From: a virus
Taxonomy: Duplodnaviria > Caudoviricetes
Virus record (IMG/VR): IMGVR_UViG_3300030330_003718
Location: 1-34,871 of that record
Strand: one strand, 5' to 3'
DNA length: 34,871 nucleotides
Below the pieces are notes generated by a model, which was not told where the DNA came from, did no database searches, and saw nothing but the letters and a program-made list of their open reading frames with translations. The first letter of the stretch is position 1; each line of letters opens with the position of its first letter. The position numbers and the translations under genes are program-made. Below are positions 7,596-16,800 of this stretch, piece after piece.

Positions 7596-7970
7596 TCATT
7601 TCCTGCGAGCATCGAGCGCGGCGTAGTGCTGGCGCATCTCGCTGAGCCCTGTTTCGACAGAAGCCCCTACCTTTTCGATCTTCTCGTTCACGTCATGCAG
7701 ACCCTGCACGGTATTGTCGAGGTTGTTGGTGACTCCCTGCAGTAACGTATCACGCTCCTGGTTGTACCTACTGACGACATCGTCATACCTGGTTCGTATG
7801 TCTTCTTCTTTCTTGTCGCAGCGGTCCTGCATCTCGCGCACCTGGTCCTGAAAAGACTGCACCATAATCTCGCGCTTCTGCGTTTCCTTGATGTACAGCC
7901 AAGCAACGAAAGCCGCCGATATACCCAGCGGTCCATAAGACTCGATAATGTTAACCCACGCTGGGTCCAT
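7596..7970 (-). CDS. Membrane protein with N-terminal TM helix and coiled coil (holin or i-spanin-like candidate)
   Basis: YGPLGISAAFVAWLYI hydrophobic segment followed by ~95 aa of predicted coiled coil. Confidence 0.65.
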   Translation of the reverse strand: MDPAWVNIIESYGPLGISAAFVAWLYIKETQKREIMVQSFQDQVREMQDRCDKKEEDIRTRYDDVVSRYNQERDTLLQGVTNNLDNTVQGLHDVNEKIEKVGASVETGLSEMRQHYAALDARRK

Positions 7971-7973
7971 GGC

Positions 7974-8093
7974 TTACTTTCGTTTATAGGAAGACTTTTT
8001 CTTGGTGCCAGTCTTACCGCTCATCTTCTTGTTTGTTTTCTTTTTGGGAGGACGCCCCCGCTTGCTTCCGTAAGTACCTTTACCCTGTGGCAT
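7974..8093 (-). CDS. 39-aa basic protein with AT-hook-like motif (not in ORF track)
   Basis: MPQGKGTYGSKRGRPPKKKTNKKMSGKTGTKKKSSYKRK; AGGAG upstream. Confidence 0.75.
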   Translation of the reverse strand: MPQGKGTYGSKRGRPPKKKTNKKMSGKTGTKKKSSYKRK

Positions 8094-8101
8094 CCCTACT
8101 C

Positions 8102-8269
8102 CTATCTGCGCGTCTTGCGCTTCTTTGCTGTCTTGGCTGACTTCTTAAAAGCCTTGGCCGTCGGTGCACCTTTGCTTCCAGGCTTACGCATTTTCTCGCC
8201 GCTACCTTTGGCGATGCGCTTACGCTTAGCGTGAATATTAGCGTACAAACCCTTTTTCTTTGCCGGCAT
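8102..8269 (-). CDS. 55-aa basic protein (not in ORF track)
   Basis: MPAKKKGLYANIHAKRKRIAKGSGEKMRKPGSKGAPTAKAFKKSAKTAKKRKTRR; TGATG coupling. Confidence 0.8.
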   Translation of the reverse strand: MPAKKKGLYANIHAKRKRIAKGSGEKMRKPGSKGAPTAKAFKKSAKTAKKRKTRR

Positions 8270-8430
8270 CAACGGCCTACTTTCTTCATGGCAGCTTTGT
8301 GCGCTGCCGTAAAAGTCTTACCAGAGAGCATCATTTTTTTCATTTCGCTCATATGTTTTTTTGTATGATGCGGAGCATGTCTTTTCAATGCGCTCTTTTG
8401 ACGCGCTGTTAACTGTTTTCTTTTTACCAA
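8269..8430 (-). CDS. 53-aa basic His/Met-rich protein (not in ORF track)
   Basis: TTG start after GGAGGT; MVKRKQLTARQKSALKRHAPHHTKKHMSEMKKMMLSGKTFTAAHKAAMKKVGR. Confidence 0.75.
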   Translation of the reverse strand: MVKRKQLTARQKSALKRHAPHHTKKHMSEMKKMMLSGKTFTAAHKAAMKKVGR

Positions 8431-8431
8431 A

Positions 8432-8665
8432 TCACCACCTCCACTTTAAACCTGCCGTTGCTTGCCAGTCTGCTTCTTGTCCCCATTCACCTGTTGCCAA
8501 TAGTCCCGCCGTAAGATCAAGCTTCTCATCAAGTCTGTGACGCATATCAGCAGCAGCACTCCACCTATCAGTGTTCCCACCGAGAGAAAGATCAAGGCCC
8601 CCGGATTCATCGTCCGCTAAACCTAGGATTTTGGCTGGTCGGATGAGGGGGCCGGGGAGTTTCCC
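8432..8665 (-). CDS. -1 frameshift extension of the holin-like gene: 77 codons, four beta-strands, YadA-anchor-like
   Basis: Open frame ...LPGPLIRPAKILGLADDESGGLDLSLGGNTDRWSAAADMRHRLDEKLDLTAGLLATGEWGQEADWQATAGLKWRW* has no start codon before ATG 8545 and is entered via G_GGA_AAC. Confidence 0.65.
   Translation of the reverse strand, partial: GKLPGPLIRPAKILGLADDESGGLDLSLGGNTDRWSAAADMRHRLDEKLDLTAGLLATGEWGQEADWQATAGLKWRW
8596..8665 (-). promoter_or_regulatory. Programmed -1 ribosomal frameshift signal (slippery heptamer plus stem-loop)
   Basis: GGGAAAC at 8665-8659 is in X_XXY_YYZ phase. After a 5-nt spacer, GGCCCCC (8653-8647) pairs with GGGGGCC (8602-8596), with inner TCATC/GATGA. Confidence 0.65.
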
Positions 8666-8862
8666 GATGCAGCCTCTACCGCAGCACGCTTCTGCTTCGC
8701 CACGTCTTCGAGGGAGATGCCCATCACACCGGCCACAGCGCCCAAGGAAGAAGCGATGATCGCCTCGGTAGGCAAGCTGGGAAAGAAGTGCTTAGCCAGG
8801 ATCGGCAGAACAGCAGCCAGAATGCTGAGCCACAGTTTGCGTGATTTCATCTTGTCGGACAT
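8623..8862 (-). CDS. Holin-like membrane protein, 79 aa
   Basis: KSRKLWLSILAAV start resembles SRKFW-type phage holins. Two hydrophobic segments, charged C-tail, AGGAG RBS. Confidence 0.7.
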   Translation of the reverse strand: MSDKMKSRKLWLSILAAVLPILAKHFFPSLPTEAIIASSLGAVAGVMGISLEDVAKQKRAAVEAASGNSPAPSSDQPKS

Positions 8863-8880
8863 GACAGCTCCTTGGGTTTA

Positions 8881-9273
8881 TTAACCTTTAAGTGCGGCGA
8901 TTAAATCCGCTTTCTTCATCTTCTTGTAGTTGCTCACACTGCGCTCCTTCGCATACTCGCGCAATGTAGAGACCGTCATCGAGTCCCAGTCGTGCTGTGG
9001 GGCAGCGGTCTTTTTAGGTGCAGCCTTCTTGGGCGCAGGCTTGTTGTATCCTGCAGCATCCAATGCCTCCTGCATGAGAATCTCAATGCCCTTTACAACG
9101 CCATCGAGCTTCGAAACCGTACCCAGCGACAAACAGTCAACACACTCTGCATGGTCCGCACTTGCTTCGGGCACAAGCAAAGCCACCTTGCTACCCACAA
9201 CAACGCGCTGACGAACATCAGCCGCCTGCCATTCCTTCTCGCCACTCTTAGTTACCACCACTAGCTTAAACAT
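8881..9273 (-). CDS. Protein with C-terminal Rho-N/HeH-like nucleic-acid-binding domain
   Basis: DSMTVSTLREYAKERSVSNYKKMKKADLIAAL after a KPAPKKAAPKK linker; GGGAG RBS. Confidence 0.75.
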   Translation of the reverse strand: MFKLVVVTKSGEKEWQAADVRQRVVVGSKVALLVPEASADHAECVDCLSLGTVSKLDGVVKGIEILMQEALDAAGYNKPAPKKAAPKKTAAPQHDWDSMTVSTLREYAKERSVSNYKKMKKADLIAALKG

Positions 9274-9282
9274 AACTGCTCC

Positions 9283-9582
9283 CTACTCGAACCAGACAAC
9301 ACTGTACGTGCCAGTGTTAGCCGCTGCGAAAACATAAATATTTGCACCTTGCCCGACAGCAAATTCCAACGAAGCACCAGGCTCAACTAGGACGCCCTTG
9401 GCTGTGCCGGAGCCACTACTGCCAACCCTGATGTTAATCGGACCCAGGTTACTGATGATGCAGTAAGTGCCTTTGACTTCCAGCTTCTCGAACGTGTTGT
9501 TCGGAGTTGTATCGTCGTCAATCGTTTGAGTGTCGGCATCCCAAACAAAGTTATTGCGCGCCAGTTTACTGTTGTAATCCAT
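9283..9582 (-). CDS. Hypothetical beta-rich (likely virion) protein
   Basis: Gap-filling ORF in the late operon. Confidence 0.7.
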   Translation of the reverse strand: MDYNSKLARNNFVWDADTQTIDDDTTPNNTFEKLEVKGTYCIISNLGPINIRVGSSGSGTAKGVLVEPGASLEFAVGQGANIYVFAAANTGTYSVVWFE

Positions 9583-9584
9583 CT

Positions 9585-9782
9585 TTACGGTTCCTCATTC
9601 CATTCAGGCTTTGCTACTTCTTTTAATGCCTGAGCATGTGTTAATTGCGTGCATCCAGTCGGTACTGGATCAAGTGCTATCTCTCGCTTTGTGATCCCCA
9701 GCGTATCGTCATTAGATGGCCTAACCCAGGGGGTTTCGGTGATTTCCTGCACTGTAGCCAGTGGACCTACATAATAAATCAT
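9585..9782 (-). CDS. Hypothetical protein
   Basis: ATGA coupling to the LamG gene. Confidence 0.65.
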   Translation of the reverse strand: MIYYVGPLATVQEITETPWVRPSNDDTLGITKREIALDPVPTGCTQLTHAQALKEVAKPEWNEEP

Positions 9783-10480
9783 GTGTGAACCGCCTTGCCC
9801 GCATAATAGTTACGGGCAACCTCATCGAATGACAGAGCCTTATTGTAAAGTCTTACATTGTTACATTTGCCATTAACGATCTGGCCACCATTATTACCAG
9901 AAGGGGGATACCAAGCACTACAAATAAAGCAGCCGTAATCACCGGCCAATGGCGCTGTATATGGGCCGCCTCCATCTGGATGCCCATTAAGATAAACAAT
10001 ACACATCCCTGATGTTGAGTCGGCAGACATAACTAGATGGTTCCACGACCCAGTTGTAATAGCGGTAGCCCCATAAACATTTACAGAGGCGGTACTCGTT
10101 GAGTTCCTTACTCGTGCCCATAACTGGTCTGATCCATTGTCCACAAGCAAGCTAATGGCGTCTTGAAATGTAGCATTCGACATAAAGATTACACGATCAC
10201 CAGCCGTAATAGCATCAAAATTAACCCACGCTTCAAGAGTATAGTCGGTCATGTCTTCTGTGATGGGTTTACTATTAAGGGTTCCGGTATGACCAAAGTC
10301 GCCAACGCCATCAAAGTCAGGCCAATCCCCTGCCGTCATCGCCAAGGTTGCGTCGTACGCTGCCTTGGGTGCGATATTGTACCATTTATTATTGGCGCTA
10401 TCCGCACTCAAAACTTCGTACCGAAGCACACCATTAGATGTAACCGGCGTACCACGCTTTAAACTTCTGCGCCTAGCCAT
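9779..10480 (-). CDS. LamG/concanavalin A-like lectin domain protein (likely tail or receptor binding)
   Basis: FDGVGD, YTLEAWVNF, GSWNHLV, VYLNG and NVRLYNKALSFDEV motifs. Start moved to ATG 10480. Confidence 0.85.
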   Translation of the reverse strand: MARRRSLKRGTPVTSNGVLRYEVLSADSANNKWYNIAPKAAYDATLAMTAGDWPDFDGVGDFGHTGTLNSKPITEDMTDYTLEAWVNFDAITAGDRVIFMSNATFQDAISLLVDNGSDQLWARVRNSTSTASVNVYGATAITTGSWNHLVMSADSTSGMCIVYLNGHPDGGGPYTAPLAGDYGCFICSAWYPPSGNNGGQIVNGKCNNVRLYNKALSFDEVARNYYAGKAVHT

Positions 10481-10859
10481 TCCAACGAGCCTTCCCAGGA
10501 CGGATGTCATAATGCACAAATGTATTATACAATCCAAGTCCACCAGGCGGAATATGCTTACTATCTACAAGCGATTCAATAACTTCATGCAGTTCTTCTG
10601 TTGAGCAACCCAGTGGTTTGAGATCGGCAGCAATGCCACTGAGGTGCTGGGAGTTCTTCGCACCCCCCACGCTTTCGTTGTGCTCTTGGCACCTGTAAGC
10701 AGAGTTGATCTTAAGGGGTACTCCAGCTGCGTTTCTAATCTTTTGCAACGCCCAGGCAAGATGGCGGGTGGCGTAAGCATTAGGTGGAGCACCAAGGCAT
10801 TTGCCGCACTTGCAGTAGAACTCGTTCGGTTTGAAGTTAGGTGGGTATCCAGCACTCAT
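10473..10859 (-). CDS. Peptidase M15A Zn peptidase (probable endolysin)
   Basis: EFYCKC, INSAYRC..HN..VGG, SQHLSGIAAD and FVHYDIR (H-x6-D...H). Confidence 0.9.
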   Translation of the reverse strand: MSAGYPPNFKPNEFYCKCGKCLGAPPNAYATRHLAWALQKIRNAAGVPLKINSAYRCQEHNESVGGAKNSQHLSGIAADLKPLGCSTEELHEVIESLVDSKHIPPGGLGLYNTFVHYDIRPGKARWNG

Positions 10860-13800
10860 CGCTTAACTTTCTCCATGCCCTTTAAGATTTTGATCTCGTC
10901 TGGAACCAACAACTCTGTAAATTTCTTAAGGGCCTCGGCGCGCTCATTTAAGTAATAGTCCTTAATCTCAGGCGGAAGGTTCTCATTAATGGCCACAAGC
11001 TCCATGTCTCTCTTCATGTCCGCAATAAACTTTGTGTTGTAGTGCTTCATAAACGAAACGTATTGGTCTGGTCGAAGCTTACCAAGCATTCGACCCATTG
11101 CTACTTTGATGGCATGTGCGCGGATAGGCATGGTTGCTCCGGGCATATCCTGAAAAGAACGTGGGTAGGAAGACCACTCACTTAATGGGTTAATTAAAGT
11201 GGTTGCCACTTCTGCACTCGCAGTCACTACGCCAGGGACAAATGGCGTAACGATAGACTTCATTAGATCCTCCGTATTCCTAAACGGACGATTAAACGCA
11301 TCTCTCCCTGTTGCCATCGCATTGACCGCCTGCTTAAGGGTAGCGTTGCCAACCATAAGATCGGCAAGCTTTTTCATTGATGGTTCCTCTCTGCGAAGCT
11401 CACGATAGTAGGCATCTAGCTCGTCTGGTCGACTGACCTTAATCAGTGAAGAGAAAACATAGCCCAGGTTGTTCACATAGGAGCGCGTTCCCGGCGAAAG
11501 AAACGTAGACCCCTCCCGCCCGACACCAGGGATATCGGGGTCGAATGCTGCACCCATCGACATGTGTTCTGGTAGCATTTGCCGACGGTAGTCCAGCGCC
11601 TCACCGCTTTGTGCTGACTTTCCAGCGTTTAGCATAAGACTACGGCGAGCCGCCATCGCCATTTCTCGGCTTGCTATTCTAGTAAGCGCTACAGGAGATG
11701 TTGTACGGATAGGCAGGCTTGTGCTGAGGCCCGTATGGTAGCCAAGACCTCTTTTAAAGAAGGGGAGGTCTTGCGCTTTCATCGCCCATGTCAGGAATGG
11801 CCCAAAGATGGTTCCATCAAACACACGAGCAAGCTTCAGCCAACCAGGAACTGCAGCATAATCAAAGTAGAGAGCATTGCCATAGCTAACAGCGCCTCTT
11901 GCCAGCAGGCTAGTTAAAGCGTTTGGACTAGGGGTTAAATCTCTTGATAGCGCTTTAAACGTTTCTGCCGTGTCAACGACGACTCCTTTGCCCTGTCGCC
12001 TGTCCAGGGGTGTTACCTTAAATTTGTTTTCTGAAAGCTTTTCGACGCGCCCCAGGGACCTCCCTGTAACTTGATCTGTAACGACAAAGTCATCACCGAT
12101 ACGAAGGTCGCCCATTGCTTGACGATACATACGCATCATCGCAAGCCCGTCGGTTTGCTTAAAGATTGAATCACCCCAGCGGTATGCGTCGACACCCATT
12201 CGAGACAACCGACGCGTCAAGCGAGCCCGTCTTGGCCATTCAAAAAGCATCATTGCCTGCTCGCCCAATCGGCTGAACCCACCAGTCTGCATGGCATCAT
12301 CAATAATAGTCGTGCCTTCGACATCAATCAGGGTTTTCTCAAATGCCCCTGTGCTCTCAAGGGAGCGCATGTCCTCTAGGTCTTGCAGAGTTTGGCGTCG
12401 CCTTTTGGGGCTCATTCCCTTTAAGCGCACTGCGAGTTTCGATGGATCGTCGGACAACTGGGCAACAGTCCAGGCTCGAGCCATCTCGTTCATCGTTTGC
12501 AAAGGCAGTGAACCATCGCGCACGCCTTTCGCAAGAACGTTACTAATAAAGTTGGTAATCATCGTAGCCGGGCGCAGCGCCGTAAGATTAATTTTTGAGG
12601 CAGCACTAATCCTGCGAATAATATTCATAAACGGGCCTGACTGCAGCAACTTATGGGTGTCGAGCGCCCACCCCACTGAGCCCTGCATGCCCTTGTCCAT
12701 CCAAATGTTTGTTGGCGTAGCTTCGTCAAATGTGCCTAAAAACTGTTTTCCTCCGGCATACTCAGTGGAAGATACTACTGGCTTACCACGGAGTATCCCT
12801 CCGCTCAGCACAGACCCTCCTGTCTGCGGGCGACCCTTGACTACCTTTGACGGGTCCAGTGTGCCATCCCACGCTGTATACGTTGTTTGGCCGTCGTCGA
12901 GTGCGCCGATGTTTCTTTGCAGATCGTCGAGAATCTGGCTTGGGCTTCCTGAGGAGTTCCTTCCTTTAAGATTTTCAGCAATGCGCTGCTGGAGCTGTGG
13001 AGCATTCTCCTGAATCCAGTTTAAAATGTACTTAAACCCCTGCTTTTCACCCGCTCCCGTTTTTAAGATTCCCGGCAGTCGCCCCGTGTAGGTAAAGAAA
13101 TCAAGAACACTGTTTAAATATGTATCACTGGTTGCCGGCGCTCTCCATGAGTCCAAAAGAGAGTTGCGGAGATCCGCCCCCTCTTTGCCAAAATGGTAAC
13201 CAGTCTCATCCAACGACCAGTCGTAAAGAGCCTCTTGCTGCAAGCGCATACTAAGGTCTCGACCGACTTCAGCAACGGCAGCCTCTCGATAAGATTTCAT
13301 CTTTTTCGGCGAGATCCCCAGCTTGCGCTGCGCCTCAGGCGTTTTAAGAATATGCAGCAACTCGTCGGCCAGATTGATCTTCGTATTGCCAATCTCAATC
13401 GTTGGCGCTCGAGTTCTAAAGACCTTCCCAGCGGCGCTCATCGTGCGGGGGTGGCCCATGTCATTAATAAGCGCCTCTACATCAACTGCAATTTGACGTT
13501 GCTGATCCGGCGATAACTTGCGCCACTCCTCACTGCCAATGGCTGCTTTAACCTTTGGCATGATCGCTTTGTTTAAAAATAGCTCTCGGAGCGCAGGTGC
13601 CCTTGCGAGCGACACCGACGCATCGCCAAATAAATGCTCAGCTAGTTGCTCTGCGATTAAGCGACGAGCAAAGTTGACTCCGCCTTTGCCACCAGGAGCG
13701 CTACTCAGATCAGCTTTCAGTTTATCCCACGAACTACCCAGCGATCCGCCTTTGCCGGTGGCAACCTTCCCCCCCTTGGCTCCTCCGAACCCAACTCCTG

Positions 13801-16800
13801 TTTCAGCGTATGCCCGAGCAAACTCGTTAACAGCGTCAATTACCGACCTAAGCTCCGGTGCTCCTAAGTTAGCGAGCGTTTGAATAACCGTCGCACCCTG
13901 CAGCCCTGGAGCATGGGTTGACTCTGTACTGGAAAGATCTTCAACGATCCTAGCTCCGGTCGGATTGTATCTTGCTACATAGCGCTCTGTTACAACTCTG
14001 CCGCCTTCAAGCGGCACCTCACCAAATCCAGCCGAAATCGCAGCCGCATATTCTTTCTCTAGAACTGTATTGTAGTTGTTCCGTAAGTCTCGTCGTTCTG
14101 CTTGCCTTGCCTCGAAATCTTTATTTAATTTTTCGTTCTTTGCTTTTAATTGCGCCGGACCCTCATCAAGGCGCGCCGCTTCTTCCGGGGTAAGTCTTGC
14201 CCCGGCTTCGGTTCTTCTAGGATCAGCGCCTTCATCGAAGTTCCCCCGACGCCTAGATGCTGCTTCATCTGCGGTAAATCGTGCTGCTTCTTGCTGGTAG
14301 CGATCGAATGCGCTCTTAAGCTCTGGTACTCGCTCGGCCCTGGCTCTGGCGATCCGCGCTCTTGCTTCGTCGTGCAGCGCCCTCATTTCATCAAGCTTCG
14401 CCTGTGCTTCAACTACCTTTTTGTCCTGAGCTGCCCTTGCGTCACCTTCAAGGTCGTCGGCAGCCCGGCTTAACTTTTGGACTTTAGCCTGCTGCTTGGC
14501 AATACGATCCCGGCCCGGCACACCGCGTCGGTAAGACCCTAGCCGCTCCCCATCCATGCCGATTTGTTTTATGCCTCTAGCATTGGCTTTAAGACCTGCT
14601 CCATCAAGCTTCTGGTCCATATCATCGAGATTGTTGGCGTACGTCTTAAGACGGTTTGTTGCCTGACGGGCAAGGGACTGAGCCTGCTTTGCATTTTCTG
14701 GAACGACATCCAAAATCAAGTCACCACGGGGCGGAAGATCGCCTTGGCGAGCACCCGCTGCTGCAGCCTCAGCACTCCTCTCACTAGCCGCTTTCGCTGC
14801 CGCTTCTGCTTCATTGCGCGCCTGTACAACCTTTTCGTCAGACAGTTTTGCTTCAAGTCTTGCTGCTGACTCTTCTTGCTTGGCTTCTCTTTTGGCTGCA
14901 CGCTTATTGATATTCGCCTTCTCTGCTTCCCAATCTGCTTTGTTTTTTGCTTGTGCCGCACGGACCTGCGCTCCGTCCGCAGCGCCATCAGCATCAATTC
15001 GACGCAGAATATCCTCTAAGCCGGTTTCCTTTAAGACACCCAGATCATCAAAAGTCTCAACTGCTGCTTTGGCGTATTCAACCTGGTAGACTTGCTTGCG
15101 TTGCGCCTCGAGCGCTTCAAGCTGCTTCTGCGCCGCTTTGAGGTCGGCGCGGCTGGCTAACCCCTGATCAACTTGCGTCGTCAGCTCTTCAATGACCTGC
15201 TGCATTCCCTTCCCTGGGTATGCCTCGTTGCCGCCTTCAATTTCTCTCGTGATTCTTTTGTATTCGTCGCTTGATTTTGCCATTGCGCGCAACTTCACCT
15301 GAACAGGTTCAATGGCTGCAATTTGATCTGCGAAATCCACGTCGAGTTTAAACTCTCTCGTAATTGCTCCCTGTATTAATCGGCGCAAACCAGCTTCCGC
15401 CATTTGAGCCTCGTTAATACCAGCATCAAACTGACGCAGCGACCACTGAGCATCAGGGTTTCTGTGGGCAACGTGATCGACAAATAACTGAAATGCGCCT
15501 GGTGCCTGAGCCTTAAATGCTTTTGCAAACTTTGTTGCTGAAGCAAGCGCTGCCGGTGTAGCAACTGCGCCAACAACTGCACCAGCAACAATCGACGCTG
15601 GGTCAGCGACACCCGCCCCTAGCAGTGCTCCCATTTTTGCTCGATTTACTACGCCAGCTAGTTTCTCTTTTGTTTGCAGTTTAGCCTCTGCCTTTAATGC
15701 CCCAGCAACATCATCGGAATTAACTCTGCTAACCGCTGCTTTGAGCTCAGCATCCATCAGATTCCAAAGTGTATTGTCGGCAAGGTTTGCGATCCTGTCG
15801 CGAATGGCTTGCATTGTTTTGCCAGACTTATCGGTAACCCACGATGCCTTTTGCTGCGCTGCATCAAGCGCAACCTTAAACTCGTCTGCTAAACCAGCCC
15901 TCTCCATGACCCGCAAAATTCCGGCTCGAGTCGCTCTGGCAGAAGACACAGCAGCCGTTGTTGCTGCTGACCATGCAACACCAGAAGCGCCCTTGATCAT
16001 ATTGGCAGCGGGCCCAAGCGCCGTAAACACGGTAGCTGCTGTCGAAATAGGGGCGCCTGCCATGTTCCGAGAAAATCGATTGGTAATTGCAGCCAGTGTG
16101 TTGTCACCGCCAGCGCCAACGCCAAACATTGCCCCGGTCGTTGCAAACGCTGCCGGACCTAACCCAATTGACTCGGCGTACCCCTGCGTCAAACTGGATG
16201 TAAATGTATCCATTCCCGACAGTTGCTGGTTTCGCCTTCCCATTTCTGCTGGTGACGGCAGCACCATGCCGGCCAAATAAGCTCCGCCGGCAACCAAGTC
16301 GGATAAATCCATATAGGCTGTGGTAGATACATCTAGGACCGGGTTAGAGTACTTTCTGGCAACGCGCTGATTGATATGGTCATCGTGTGCCGCAATGGCA
16401 TTTTGCATTCTAAGAAACGTTCTGTTTCCTAGTGTTTCGTCGTAGCTTTCGCCCTCATACAGTTCTGCAAACCTACTACGAGACAAATCTTCAACTTCTT
16501 TTGGTATGCCGGTGCCTGGCGAACCAAGCGCTCCAAGCATTGCCGTAGGCAGCGTATAGTTAGTTGCTTCCGATAGCTTGTTGCCCGATACACCATCAGC
16601 AAAAAGCCACATGGTGTCCATTACAGACCCAACAATACCTGCGGACACACCGCCAATCCGACCAAACATTAGTCCGGCATAACCAGTAAAAGCATTCGAT
16701 AGGCTATCGGGGGCATTATCTAGTTGTTTCTGCCACCAGTTACCGCCCCATTTATTGGTCATGGTGCGAGGCAAGCCAAGCTGACTGTAGGAGACACCAA

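Noticed and set aside
7688-7936. Embedded Rz1-like lipoprotein (LSLLGC) inside 7596-7970
   Set aside because: The h-region is too short and interrupted by RR, it starts near the 5' end of the host gene, and the mature part is Arg/Cys-rich shadow sequence.
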